Positions 28,743 to 38,124 of a stretch of 42,884 nt of DNA are shown one piece after another. This stretch comes from an uncultured Pelagibacteraceae bacterium. Lineage in GTDB: Bacteria; Pseudomonadota; Alphaproteobacteria; Pelagibacterales; Pelagibacteraceae. Made by a program: the position numbers and the translations under genes. Below the pieces are notes generated by a model, which had not been told where the DNA came from, searched no databases, and saw only the letters and a program-made list of their open reading frames with translations. The DNA is taken from the NCBI GenBank assembly GCA_902572155.1, contig CACGET010000001.1, forward strand, positions 1 through 42,884, given 5' to 3'. How positions within the stretch are numbered: position 1 is the first letter of the stretch; every line of letters starts with the position of its first letter.

Positions 28743-30488
28743 ATGCTTAATTCTAATGAACTTATTAATAAAGTTAAAGATTATAACAAGTTTTTAAATC
28801 CTGAAAGATTAGATAAGGCATATAATTTTGCTGTTAGAGCTCATAAAAATCAAAAAAGAGCTTCGGGAGATCCTTATTCTGTTCACCCCATAGAAGTTGC
28901 TAATATTTTAACAGAATTGAAATTAGACAGTGCCACCATAACAACAGGTTTACTCCATGATACAATTGAAGATACTTTTGCTACTTATGATACGATTAAG
29001 CAGGAATTTGGTAACGAAGTAGCAGACTTAGTTGATGGAGTTACTAAAATTTCAGTTTTTGAAAATACAGCTAATTCAAATTCTAAAGTTGAAAATTTTA
29101 GAAAATTAATTCTAGCTACTTCAAAAGATATTAGAGTGTTGTTAGTTAAAATTGCAGATCGACTTCATAATATGAGAACAATTAAAGCAATCTCTAAAGA
29201 AGAAAAAAGAAAAAGAATTGCTCAAGAAACAATGGAAATTTATGCGCCATTAGCTGACAGAATGGGTATGCATATAATTAGGGATGAGTTGGAAGATTTA
29301 TCATTTGAAATTCTGAATAATAAAGGAAGAGCACTTATCAAAAAACGGCTTGATGAAATAAAATTAGATAAAAAAGATATATTTGAAGAATTATCTTTTG
29401 AGTTAAGTGAATTACTTAATAGTAATAATATAGACGCAGAAATTTATGGACGAGAAAAAACACCATTTTCAATTTGGAGAAAAGTACAAAAAAAAAGAGT
29501 ATCCCTTGAACAAATGACAGATATTATTGGATTTAGAATAATTTTAAAATCTTTGGATGATTGTTACAAAACTTTAGGCATTTTTCATAAAAAATGGAAT
29601 TGTATACCCGGCAAATTTAAAGATTATATATCATCTCCAAAGATTAATGGATACAAATCAATACACACATCTGTAATTGGTTCAAATAAAAAACCTATAG
29701 AAATCCAAATAAGAACAATTGAAATGCATGAATTTGCCGAAAGGGGAGTGGCCTCACATTGGAAATACAAGTCATCAGAAAAATTTAGTTCACTTAATTG
29801 GAAAGAATATGATTGGTTAAAGGATTTAGTTGAAATTGTTGAAAAGAATGAAAATCCAGAACATTCATATGAATATACGAAGTTACAAATGTTTCAGGAA
29901 AATGTATTTTGTTTTACTCCAAAAGGCTCAGTGATAAAGTTACCTAAGGACGCAACACCAATTGATTTTGCTTATGCAGTACATACAAAAATAGGAAATT
30001 CAGCAGTTGGATGTGAAATAAATGGTAACAAAAGTGAACTTCAAAATACTTTGAGAAATGGTGACAGAGTTAATATAATTACTTCAAAAAAAAATTCACC
30101 ATCTTTACATTGGATACCAACTACAAAGACTGGAAAAGCTAGAGCAGCAATAAGAAGATATTGGCATGATAAAGGAGAGCAAAAAGAAGAGAAAATTAAA
30201 AAGTATAACACCACTTTATGGATATCTCTACCTGATCAACCTGGTCAACTTGGCGACATAAGTTCATTAATTGGAAGTCATAAGCTTAATATCTCAAACC
30301 TTGAAATGGTAGGTAAAAATCCAAATTATATTAATTTTAAATTTAAATTAATAATAACTAACCTTAAAAATTTCACAAATTTTATTGCAGAGCTCAAACA
30401 AAAAGGTATAAAATTTAAGATAATTAGACACGAAGATAAAAGAAATGCTTTCACACAAAAAATCTTTAAATATTTTAAAAAAAACTAA
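28743..30488 (+). CDS. spoT: RelA/SpoT homologue (bifunctional (p)ppGpp synthetase/hydrolase), internally shortened
   Basis: HD domain (HPIEVA, LLHDTIEDT, KIADRLHNMRT); synthetase (GREK, DIIGFR, KDYIS.PK.NGYKSIHT, EIQIRT); TGS (FTPKG...DFAYAVHT); ACT (DQPGQLGDI). Confidence 0.95.
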   Translation: MLNSNELINKVKDYNKFLNPERLDKAYNFAVRAHKNQKRASGDPYSVHPIEVANILTELKLDSATITTGLLHDTIEDTFATYDTIKQEFGNEVADLVDGVTKISVFENTANSNSKVENFRKLILATSKDIRVLLVKIADRLHNMRTIKAISKEEKRKRIAQETMEIYAPLADRMGMHIIRDELEDLSFEILNNKGRALIKKRLDEIKLDKKDIFEELSFELSELLNSNNIDAEIYGREKTPFSIWRKVQKKRVSLEQMTDIIGFRIILKSLDDCYKTLGIFHKKWNCIPGKFKDYISSPKINGYKSIHTSVIGSNKKPIEIQIRTIEMHEFAERGVASHWKYKSSEKFSSLNWKEYDWLKDLVEIVEKNENPEHSYEYTKLQMFQENVFCFTPKGSVIKLPKDATPIDFAYAVHTKIGNSAVGCEINGNKSELQNTLRNGDRVNIITSKKNSPSLHWIPTTKTGKARAAIRRYWHDKGEQKEEKIKKYNTTLWISLPDQPGQLGDISSLIGSHKLNISNLEMVGKNPNYINFKFKLIITNLKNFTNFIAELKQKGIKFKIIRHEDKRNAFTQKIFKYFKKN

Positions 30489-31032
30489 TGCTTTGCAGGA
30501 AGGTCACTTTATCTTATCCTCTGGGCTTCATTCTTCAAAATATATTCAGTGTGCTAAACTTTTAAGTTTTCCACATTTGGCTAAACAGATATGTTTATCC
30601 TTAGCAAAAAAAATTAAAAGTAATTTTAAAAAAATCGATCTTATATTGGCTCCAGCAATGGGTGGAATAATTATTGGATATGAAATCGGAAAACTTTTAA
30701 AAAAAGAAACTATTTTTTGTGAGAGAGTTAATGGTAAATTTACTTTAAGAAGAGGTTTCAATATTAAAAAAGGAGCTAGAGTTTTAATAATTGAAGATGT
30801 TATAACTACTGGAAAATCAAGTTTAGAATGCGTTAAATTAATAAAAAAATTTAACGCTAAATTTTTAGGATTTGCATCTATAATTGATAGATCAACAAAA
30901 AAATCGTTAAAGATTAAAACTAAAATTATATCTCATTTAAAAATTAATGTTCCCACATTTAATAAAAAACTATTACCAAAAAATCTTAAATCAATACCAG
31001 TTACTAAACCAGGAAGTAGATTTATTAAGTGA
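30445..31032 (+). CDS. pyrE: Orotate phosphoribosyltransferase
   Basis: GHFILSSGLHS..YIQCA, APAMGGI, LRRGF, VLIIEDVITTGKS (PRPP loop), KPGSR. Confidence 0.95.
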   Translation: MLSHKKSLNILKKTNALQEGHFILSSGLHSSKYIQCAKLLSFPHLAKQICLSLAKKIKSNFKKIDLILAPAMGGIIIGYEIGKLLKKETIFCERVNGKFTLRRGFNIKKGARVLIIEDVITTGKSSLECVKLIKKFNAKFLGFASIIDRSTKKSLKIKTKIISHLKINVPTFNKKLLPKNLKSIPVTKPGSRFIK

Positions 31033-31748
31033 AAAGACTAGGTGTTAACATTGATCATGTAGCAACAGTAAGAAATGCAAGAGGGGAAAAACATCCAGAC
31101 CCATATTATGCAGCCTTACAAAGTATTAAAATGGGGGCAGACTCCGTCACCATTCATTTAAGAGAAGATAGAAGACATATAAATGATAAAGATGCAAAAA
31201 AAATTTGTGGTTTAAAAAAAGTTTTAGTTAATTTAGAAATTTCTATGAATGATAATATTGTTAATAATGCACTTAAAATAAAACCTAATTATATTTGTAT
31301 TGTACCTGAAAATAGAAAAGAAATAACTACAGAAGGAGGTTTAGATTTATTAAAACACAAAAAAAAATTAAAAAAAATTATTAAAAAATTCAAAAAAGCC
31401 AATATACGTACAAGTTTATTTATTAATCCTTCAATTAAAGACATTGAATTATCTAAAGAATTGAATGTTGACTGTATTGAAATTCATACTGGAAAATTAT
31501 CAAACTTAGTAAAATCAAAAAAAAATTTTAAAAATGAGTTAAGTAGAATTAAAAAAAGCTCAATACTTGCAAGTAAATTGAATATAGAAGTTCATGCTGG
31601 TCATGGATTAGATTATAAAACCACAAAAATACTAACTAAAATCAATACAATTCAAGAATTTAATATTGGACATTTTATTATTGGTGAGTCTATTTTTTTA
31701 GGTTTATCCAAAGTTATCAAAAATTTTAAAAAAATTATTAAAAATTGA
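31029..31748 (+). CDS. pdxJ: Pyridoxine 5'-phosphate synthase
   Basis: LGVNIDHVATVRNAR, HLREDRRHI, TTEGGLD, EIHTG, AGHGL, FNIGHF. Confidence 0.97.
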   Translation: MKRLGVNIDHVATVRNARGEKHPDPYYAALQSIKMGADSVTIHLREDRRHINDKDAKKICGLKKVLVNLEISMNDNIVNNALKIKPNYICIVPENRKEITTEGGLDLLKHKKKLKKIIKKFKKANIRTSLFINPSIKDIELSKELNVDCIEIHTGKLSNLVKSKKNFKNELSRIKKSSILASKLNIEVHAGHGLDYKTTKILTKINTIQEFNIGHFIIGESIFLGLSKVIKNFKKIIKN

Positions 31749-31751
31749 TTT

Positions 31752-32138
31752 ATGAAAATACTTGGAATAGGTGTCGATATAATAGAACATCATAGAATTA
31801 AAAAATCTATTATAAATCCTAATTTTAAAAATAGAATTTTTAGTACTAATGAGCTAAAACAATTTAGCTTATCTAAAAATAAAACAAATTATTTTTCAAA
31901 GAGATTTGCTGCAAAGGAGGCATTTGCCAAGGCATTAGGGACAGGTTTTAGAAATAATTTAAACTTTAAAGACATTGAAATTGTTCATAATAAGTTAGGA
32001 AAACCAAATTATTTAAAGAATAAGAAAATAACAAAATTAATTCAAAAAAATTTTAAAGTAAAAAATTTTAATTGTTTTCTGTCAATTTCTGATGAAAAGG
32101 ATTATTCAACAGCATTTGCAATAATTCAATCGTTATGA
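31752..32138 (+). CDS. acpS: Holo-[acyl-carrier-protein] synthase
   Basis: GIGVDII, RFAAKEAFAKALGTG, GKP, LSISDE. Confidence 0.96.
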   Translation: MKILGIGVDIIEHHRIKKSIINPNFKNRIFSTNELKQFSLSKNKTNYFSKRFAAKEAFAKALGTGFRNNLNFKDIEIVHNKLGKPNYLKNKKITKLIQKNFKVKNFNCFLSISDEKDYSTAFAIIQSL

Positions 32139-32872
32139 AAATAGATAAGAAATTTTTTTCTGAAAATATAAAAACATTATTTTATGCGCTGATAATTGCT
32201 GTTATTATTAGATCTATATTAATACAGCCTTTTTATATTCCGTCATCATCGATGGAACCTACATTACTTGTAGGTGATAGGCTTTTTGTAACAAAATTTT
32301 CATATGGTTATAGCAAACATTCATTTCCATTTAGTCCTCCTATATTTAATAATAGAATTTTATTTAATCCACCTAAAAGAGGTGATGTAGTTGTTTTTAA
32401 GACACCAGCAGATAATAGAACAGATTATATTAAAAGATTGATTGGTTTACCTGGAGATAAAGTTCAATTTATAGACTCAAATTTATACCTTAATAGTAGT
32501 GAAATATTTAAATCCAAAATTTTAAATAAATCCAAAATATTTTGTGGAAACAAAGTTATAGATGTTTATAAATTTGAAGAAAAACTACCGAATGGGAAAA
32601 TGTTTCACACAGTTTATCTCAAAGATTATACTTATCAAAACTCAGACATTTTTACAGTACCACAAAATCACTATTTTTTTTTAGGAGACAACAGGGATTG
32701 TTCCAAAGATAGTAGATTTTTATCAAGCGTTGGATATGTTCATAAGGATAATTTAGTCGGAAAGGCTCAATTTATTTTTTTTTCATCTGACAAAAATATT
32801 GGAAGTATTTTTGAAATTTGGAAGTGGCATAAATTAATAAGATTCAATAGGACTTTTAGCAAAATAAATTGA
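32135..32872 (+). CDS. lepB: Signal peptidase I
   Basis: IPSSSMEPTL (Ser), RGDVVVF, YIKRLIGLPGD (Lys), GDNRDCSKDSR. Confidence 0.97.
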   Translation: MKIDKKFFSENIKTLFYALIIAVIIRSILIQPFYIPSSSMEPTLLVGDRLFVTKFSYGYSKHSFPFSPPIFNNRILFNPPKRGDVVVFKTPADNRTDYIKRLIGLPGDKVQFIDSNLYLNSSEIFKSKILNKSKIFCGNKVIDVYKFEEKLPNGKMFHTVYLKDYTYQNSDIFTVPQNHYFFLGDNRDCSKDSRFLSSVGYVHKDNLVGKAQFIFFSSDKNIGSIFEIWKWHKLIRFNRTFSKIN

Positions 32873-33534
32873 TGAAAATTAATTATCAAATTTTGGAAAA
32901 GAAAATTAATTTTAAATTTAAAAGCACTAAATTATTAACTCAATGCCTCACTCACAAAAGTTTTAATTCAAATGATAACAATGAAAAAATAGAATTTTTA
33001 GGTGATCGTGTTTTAGGACTTGTTATTGCTAAAAAACTTTTAGAAATATATCCTGACGAAAAAGAGGGAATTTTAGATAAAAAGTTTGCTTCATTAGTTA
33101 ATAAAAAAACTTGTTTAGAAATCGCAAAAAATATTAATTTAGAGAAATTTATCTTAACTTTTAATTCAAATAATAAAAATAATAAGATAGAGGATAAAAT
33201 TATATCAGACAGTTGTGAGGCACTAATTGGAGCAATTTATCTTGATAAAGGATTTAATGCAGCTGAAAAAGTAATTTTAAGCCTGTGGAATAATAATATT
33301 AAAAAAAGTGTAATTACGCAAATTGATGCAAAAACAAAGTTACAAGAATTTTCATTAAAAAATTTTAAATCATTACCCACTTATAAACTGATTTCAAATA
33401 CAGGACCACGGCACAAACCTTTATTTAAGGTAGGAGTAAAACTACGCAATACGAAGTACTTTTTTTCTTCAGGTAAATCAAAAAAAGACGCAGAACAAAA
33501 TGCAGCAATTGAATGTTTAAAATTTTTAAAATGA
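32872..33534 (+). CDS. rnc: Ribonuclease III
   Basis: LTHKS, NEKIEFLGDRVL, DSCEALIGAIYLD, dsRBD DAKTKLQE...GPRH...SKKDAEQNAA. ATG at 32872. Confidence 0.96.
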   Translation: MKINYQILEKKINFKFKSTKLLTQCLTHKSFNSNDNNEKIEFLGDRVLGLVIAKKLLEIYPDEKEGILDKKFASLVNKKTCLEIAKNINLEKFILTFNSNNKNNKIEDKIISDSCEALIGAIYLDKGFNAAEKVILSLWNNNIKKSVITQIDAKTKLQEFSLKNFKSLPTYKLISNTGPRHKPLFKVGVKLRNTKYFFSSGKSKKDAEQNAAIECLKFLK

Positions 33535-33541
33535 TTTATTT

Positions 33542-34222
33542 ATGAATTGGATAGATGAGAGTTTTTTATTAAGTAAAAATAGATATAATGAAAATTCTTT
33601 AATAGCAGAGGTTTACAGTAAGAATCATGGTAAAATTTCTGGTATTATATTTGGAGGAACTTCAAAAAAAATTAAGAATTATTTACAAATCGGAAATAGA
33701 TTACATTTAAATTATAGTTCTAAAAATAATAACAGAATAGGCTATTTCAAAATCGAAATACTTAACGCTTACACCCCCTTATATTTTGATAATAAGCAAA
33801 AACTTTCTTGCATAACTACTGCAACTAATTTAATAAAAATTTTAACAGTTGAGGCTCAAACCAATATTCAAGTTTATGAATTGATAGAAAAACTTTTTCT
33901 ATTATTAAATTATAATGATTGGATTAAAAAGTATATTTTTTGGGAATTAGAATTATTAAAACTTCTTGGTTATGATCTTGAATTAGAGAGTCTTGTAAAA
34001 AAAGATGTTTTAGGAAATAAAACTATTTATTATGCTGCTTCTTCATCAGACAAAAAATATGTTCCAAACTTTTTAATAGAAAAAAATTTAGAAGTGAATG
34101 ATACTCAAACTTTATTAAATGGATTAAAATTAGTAGGAGATTATCTTGATAAAACTATTTTAAAACCAAATAACATAAACTATCCAAATAGTAGATTGTT
34201 ATTTATAAATTCTATTAAATAA
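33542..34222 (+). CDS. recO: DNA repair protein RecO
   Basis: MNW.DE..LL....Y.ENS.I...S..HG OB-fold start, WELELL..LGY; follows lepB-rnc as in other alphaproteobacteria. Confidence 0.88.
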   Translation: MNWIDESFLLSKNRYNENSLIAEVYSKNHGKISGIIFGGTSKKIKNYLQIGNRLHLNYSSKNNNRIGYFKIEILNAYTPLYFDNKQKLSCITTATNLIKILTVEAQTNIQVYELIEKLFLLLNYNDWIKKYIFWELELLKLLGYDLELESLVKKDVLGNKTIYYAASSSDKKYVPNFLIEKNLEVNDTQTLLNGLKLVGDYLDKTILKPNNINYPNSRLLFINSIK

Positions 34223-35212
34223 TTATTTGATAATTTTATCTATTCGATCAGCGTAATAACTAACAATTGCATTTGCCCCAGCTCTTTTAAAAGCAATTAA
34301 ACTTTCAAAGATAGCTTTTTCATCAATTATTTTTTTTTGAACTGCATTTGCAAGTAAACTATATTCACCAGATACTTGATATGCAAATACTGGTATTCTA
34401 AATCTTTCTTTAATTGATTTAATTATATCTAAGTAAGGCATTCCAGGTTTAACCATTACCATATCTGCGCCTTCTTTAATATCTAAAGCAACTTCTCTTA
34501 ATCCCTCATCACTATTTCTAAAATCCATTTGGTAAGTTTTTTTATCTCCTTTTAAAGATTTTTTTGATCCAACAGCATCTCGAAATGGACCATAAAAACT
34601 TGAAGCATATTTAACAGCGTATGATAAAATTTGTACATCTTTATAATTTGAATTATCTAATGCTTTTCTAATTTTTAATACTCTTCCATCCATCATGTCC
34701 GAAGGTGCCAATACATCACACCCCATTTCTGCCTGCAGTAAAGACTGATTTACTAAAACGTCAATTGTCTCGTCATTAATAATTTGTTTTGATTTGATCA
34801 GCCCATCGTGACCGTGAGAAGTATAAGGATCCAGCGCAACATCGCACATGATACCAATTTGATTCTTATATTTTTTTTTAATTTCCACTATAGCTCTACA
34901 AACTAGATTGTTTTCATTCAAACTTTCTGAGCCAATTTCATTTTTTAAAATTTTTTTTGTCTTAGGAAATAGTGCAACCATTGGTATTCCTTTTTTAATG
35001 GCTTTATCAACTATTTGAGCTAATCTATTAATTGTATATCTGTATACGCCAGGCATAGTTGTTATATTTTCCCTTTTATTAGATCCATCAATTAAAAATA
35101 TTGGTAATATGAAATCACTTGAACTTAGTGTATTTTCTTGAATTAGTCTTCTAGACCATGATTCTTTTCGATTTCTTCTAAGCCTTAAATTAGGATATTT
35201 GCCTGTAATCAT
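34223..35212 (-). CDS. hemB: Porphobilinogen synthase (ALA dehydratase)
   Basis: RLRRNR, DVALDPYTSHGHDG (Asp-type metal site), APSDMMDGR, FYGPFRDA, MVMVKPG, AYQVSGEY. Confidence 0.97.
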   Translation of the reverse strand: MITGKYPNLRLRRNRKESWSRRLIQENTLSSSDFILPIFLIDGSNKRENITTMPGVYRYTINRLAQIVDKAIKKGIPMVALFPKTKKILKNEIGSESLNENNLVCRAIVEIKKKYKNQIGIMCDVALDPYTSHGHDGLIKSKQIINDETIDVLVNQSLLQAEMGCDVLAPSDMMDGRVLKIRKALDNSNYKDVQILSYAVKYASSFYGPFRDAVGSKKSLKGDKKTYQMDFRNSDEGLREVALDIKEGADMVMVKPGMPYLDIIKSIKERFRIPVFAYQVSGEYSLLANAVQKKIIDEKAIFESLIAFKRAGANAIVSYYADRIDKIIK

Positions 35213-35285
35213 GTTTTAATTCACTTTATTAATGCGACAAAAGTATTATACAAATATATATTAAAATAAGTACAAAACATTTTCG

Positions 35286-35927
35286 ATGAGCATTGATAAC
35301 ACAAAAGTTATAAACCTAAACATAAAAAAAGAAGATCGGATTTTAGATTTTAGCGATTTTCAAAAACAAAATATTCAATTTGATATTACAAGGCTACAAG
35401 AAGCATATAATCAAATTGTACAAACTAAAAAATTTGATGATGGAGGTGGTGTCACACATTTTGGGGCAATATCTTTAACTCAAATACCTGGCGACCCAGA
35501 TTCGATTAAAGGAAATAAAGCAAGAGGAGTTTATTGGACTAAGCCTGACAAATCAGGAAAAGAGGTTTCTAGAGATGTTCAGATTGATGAAAGTGCTTAT
35601 TCTGAATTTATTAAGGATTATGAAAATACATATTTTAAAGAGGTTTACGATGTTTTATCATCTAAATATAAATTAGGACGTGTAAGAATTTTGTTAAAAG
35701 AACCAAGGTCTACATTAAGTTGGCACAGAGATCCAGAACCTAGATTGCATATTCCTATAATTACTAATCCAGGTTCAATAATGGTCATAGATAACGTTGC
35801 TAAACATATGCCAGCCGATGGATCAGTTTGGATAACTAATAATACCAAATATCATAATGCTTTTAACGGTGGTGAGGAAAACAGAATTCATCTTGTTGCT
35901 TGTGTTTTAGATTATAAATTTAATTAA
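35286..35927 (+). CDS. 2-oxoglutarate/Fe(II) dioxygenase, aspartyl/asparaginyl beta-hydroxylase-like domain
   Basis: GRVRIL..EP...LSWHRD...RLHIPIITN...HNAFNGG...RIHLV gives the HxD...H facial triad and the 2OG-binding Arg. Confidence 0.8.
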   Translation: MSIDNTKVINLNIKKEDRILDFSDFQKQNIQFDITRLQEAYNQIVQTKKFDDGGGVTHFGAISLTQIPGDPDSIKGNKARGVYWTKPDKSGKEVSRDVQIDESAYSEFIKDYENTYFKEVYDVLSSKYKLGRVRILLKEPRSTLSWHRDPEPRLHIPIITNPGSIMVIDNVAKHMPADGSVWITNNTKYHNAFNGGEENRIHLVACVLDYKFN

Positions 35928-35929
35928 TT

Positions 35930-36355
35930 TTGAAAAAAATTTTTATTTCATCAGATCATGCAGGTTTTAAATTAAAAGAGGATATAAAGAGTTATTTATC
36001 AATGAGGAACTTGGAATTTAAAGATCTTGGACCAAGTAACCAAGATAAAGTTGATTACCCCGATTATGCTCATAAAGTCGCAAAAAAAGTAAAAACTAAC
36101 AAAAATAGTGTTGGTATTCTGGTATGTGGTTCAGGAACAGGTATGAATATTGTTGCAAATAAGCATAAAAATGTAAGGGCAGCCCAATGCTTTAATATAA
36201 AATCAACAAGATTATCTAGATTGCATAATGATGCAAATATCATTACATTGGGATCAAGATTATTAACTAAAAAAAACGCTTTAAATTGTGTCGGCGTTTT
36301 TTTAAAAACTAAATTTGAAGGTGGTAGGCACAAAAAAAGGGTTAAAAAAATCTAA
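35930..36355 (+). CDS. rpiB: Ribose 5-phosphate isomerase B
   Basis: SDHAGF.LK, VDYPD, GILVCGSGTGM...ANK, HNDAN, FEGGRH..R. Confidence 0.96.
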   Translation: MKKIFISSDHAGFKLKEDIKSYLSMRNLEFKDLGPSNQDKVDYPDYAHKVAKKVKTNKNSVGILVCGSGTGMNIVANKHKNVRAAQCFNIKSTRLSRLHNDANIITLGSRLLTKKNALNCVGVFLKTKFEGGRHKKRVKKI

Positions 36356-37666
36356 ATGTCTAGTGAAAATAATTATTTGAATGATCAATACAAAAGTTTC
36401 TTTGAAGATAGTTTGTTAAAAACTGATCCAGAATTACATAAAGCTATAAGCGATGAGTTAAGAAGACAACAACAACACATAGAATTAATTGCCTCTGAAA
36501 ATATAGTTTCTCAAGCAGTATTAGAAGCCCAAGGATCGGTGTTAACAAATAAATATGCCGAAGGTTATCCAGGAAAAAGATATTATAACGGGTGTGAACA
36601 TGTAGATGTTGCAGAAAATCTTGCTATTGAACGATTAAAAAAATTGTTTAATTGTAAATTTGCTAATGCTCAGCCTCACTCAGGTGCACAAGCTAATGGT
36701 GCAGTTTTTTTAGCCTTGCTTAACCCTGGTGATACTTTTCTTGGTATGAGTTTAAATTCAGGTGGTCATATAACGCATGGATTAAAAATTTCAATGTCAG
36801 GAAAATGGTTTAATGCAATTAGTTATGATGTTGATAAAGAATCTGAACTTATTGATTATGATAATGTTGAAAAATTAGCATTAGAGCATAAACCAAAACT
36901 TATTATTGCTGGTGGAAGTGCTTACTCAAGAGTAATAGATTTTAAAAGATTTAGAGAAATTGCTGATAAAGTAGGTGCATATCTTATGGTTGATATGGCT
37001 CACTTTTCAGGTTTGGTTGCAGGAAAAGGTTATCCAAATCCTTGTGATTATGCTCATGTTGTTACTTCAACAACCCATAAGGTTTTCAGAAGTGCTAGAG
37101 GTGGAATTATTTTAACAAATCATGAAGATCTTTCAAAAAAGTTTAACACTGCAGTTTTTCCAGGTTATCAAGGAGGACCATTAATGCATGTTATTGCTGC
37201 AAAGGCAGCTGGTTTTTTAGAAGCCTTACGGCCAGAGTTTAAAGATTATATACAAAATGTTTTAGCTAACGCAAAAATTTTATCAGAAACTTTAAAAAAT
37301 AATGGTTTTAAAATTTACTCAGGTGGTACCGATACACATTTGATGTTGGTAGATTTAAGACCTTATGACGTTAAAGGTAATGCTGCAGCAGAAAGTTTAT
37401 CAAGAGCTAATATAACTTGTAATAAAAATGGTATTCCTTTCGATACAGAAAAGCCTATGATTACATCAGGTATAAGATTAGGAACTCAAGCTGCTACAAC
37501 TAGAGGATTTGGGTTAAACGAATTCAAAACAGTAGGCGAATTAATAACAAAAACAATTAAAGGTTTATCAGAAAACCCTAATGACAATAGTAAAATTGAA
37601 GAAGAAGTAAGAAATGAAGTTATAAGTTTAACTTCATCATTTCCTATATATAAAAATCTTTCTTAA
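36356..37666 (+). CDS. glyA: Serine hydroxymethyltransferase
   Basis: [43 protein letters not shown] (PLP Lys), SGIRLGT. Confidence 0.98.
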   Translation: MSSENNYLNDQYKSFFEDSLLKTDPELHKAISDELRRQQQHIELIASENIVSQAVLEAQGSVLTNKYAEGYPGKRYYNGCEHVDVAENLAIERLKKLFNCKFANAQPHSGAQANGAVFLALLNPGDTFLGMSLNSGGHITHGLKISMSGKWFNAISYDVDKESELIDYDNVEKLALEHKPKLIIAGGSAYSRVIDFKRFREIADKVGAYLMVDMAHFSGLVAGKGYPNPCDYAHVVTSTTHKVFRSARGGIILTNHEDLSKKFNTAVFPGYQGGPLMHVIAAKAAGFLEALRPEFKDYIQNVLANAKILSETLKNNGFKIYSGGTDTHLMLVDLRPYDVKGNAAAESLSRANITCNKNGIPFDTEKPMITSGIRLGTQAATTRGFGLNEFKTVGELITKTIKGLSENPNDNSKIEEEVRNEVISLTSSFPIYKNLS

Positions 37667-38124
37667 TGATTTGCCCCTGCGAAAAAAAAGGTGATACATC
37701 TGTTGTAGACTCACGTCCTACTGAAGATGGAACTGCTATAAGAAGAAGAAGACTTTGCGTATGTGGTGAAAGATTTACAACATTTGAGAGAATACAAATT
37801 AGAGAACTTATGGTCATCAAAAAAAACGGCAGGAAATCTGTCTTTGATAGAGATAAACTGTCAAAATCTGTTTATATAGCATTAAAAAAAAGACCGATAG
37901 ATACAGAGACTGCTGAAAAATTTATTAGTAAAATTACTAGAGCTTTAGAAGAACTTGGTCAAAATGAAATTTCTACAAATACAATTGGAACAATGTTAAT
38001 GGAAGGTCTGAAAGACCTAGATCCTGTTGCTTATGTGCGATTTGCGTCAGTGTATCGTAATTTTAGAGAAGAAAAAGATTTTGTACAATTCGTGGACAAA
38101 CTAGATGTCTACAAAAAAAGATAA
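37666..38124 (+). CDS. nrdR: Transcriptional repressor NrdR
   Basis: VVDSR, IRRRR.C..., RFTTFER, ATP cone (VIKKNG..FDRDKL, KRP), [10 protein letters not shown]. Confidence 0.95.
   Translation: MICPCEKKGDTSVVDSRPTEDGTAIRRRRLCVCGERFTTFERIQIRELMVIKKNGRKSVFDRDKLSKSVYIALKKRPIDTETAEKFISKITRALEELGQNEISTNTIGTMLMEGLKDLDPVAYVRFASVYRNFREEKDFVQFVDKLDVYKKR

Noticed and set aside
35213-35285. Riboswitch (FMN/glycine) or NrdR box upstream of the glyA-nrdR-rib operon
   Set aside because: The 73-bp AT-rich spacer is too short and unstructured for a riboswitch, and CAAATATATATT does not fit the NrdR-box spacing.
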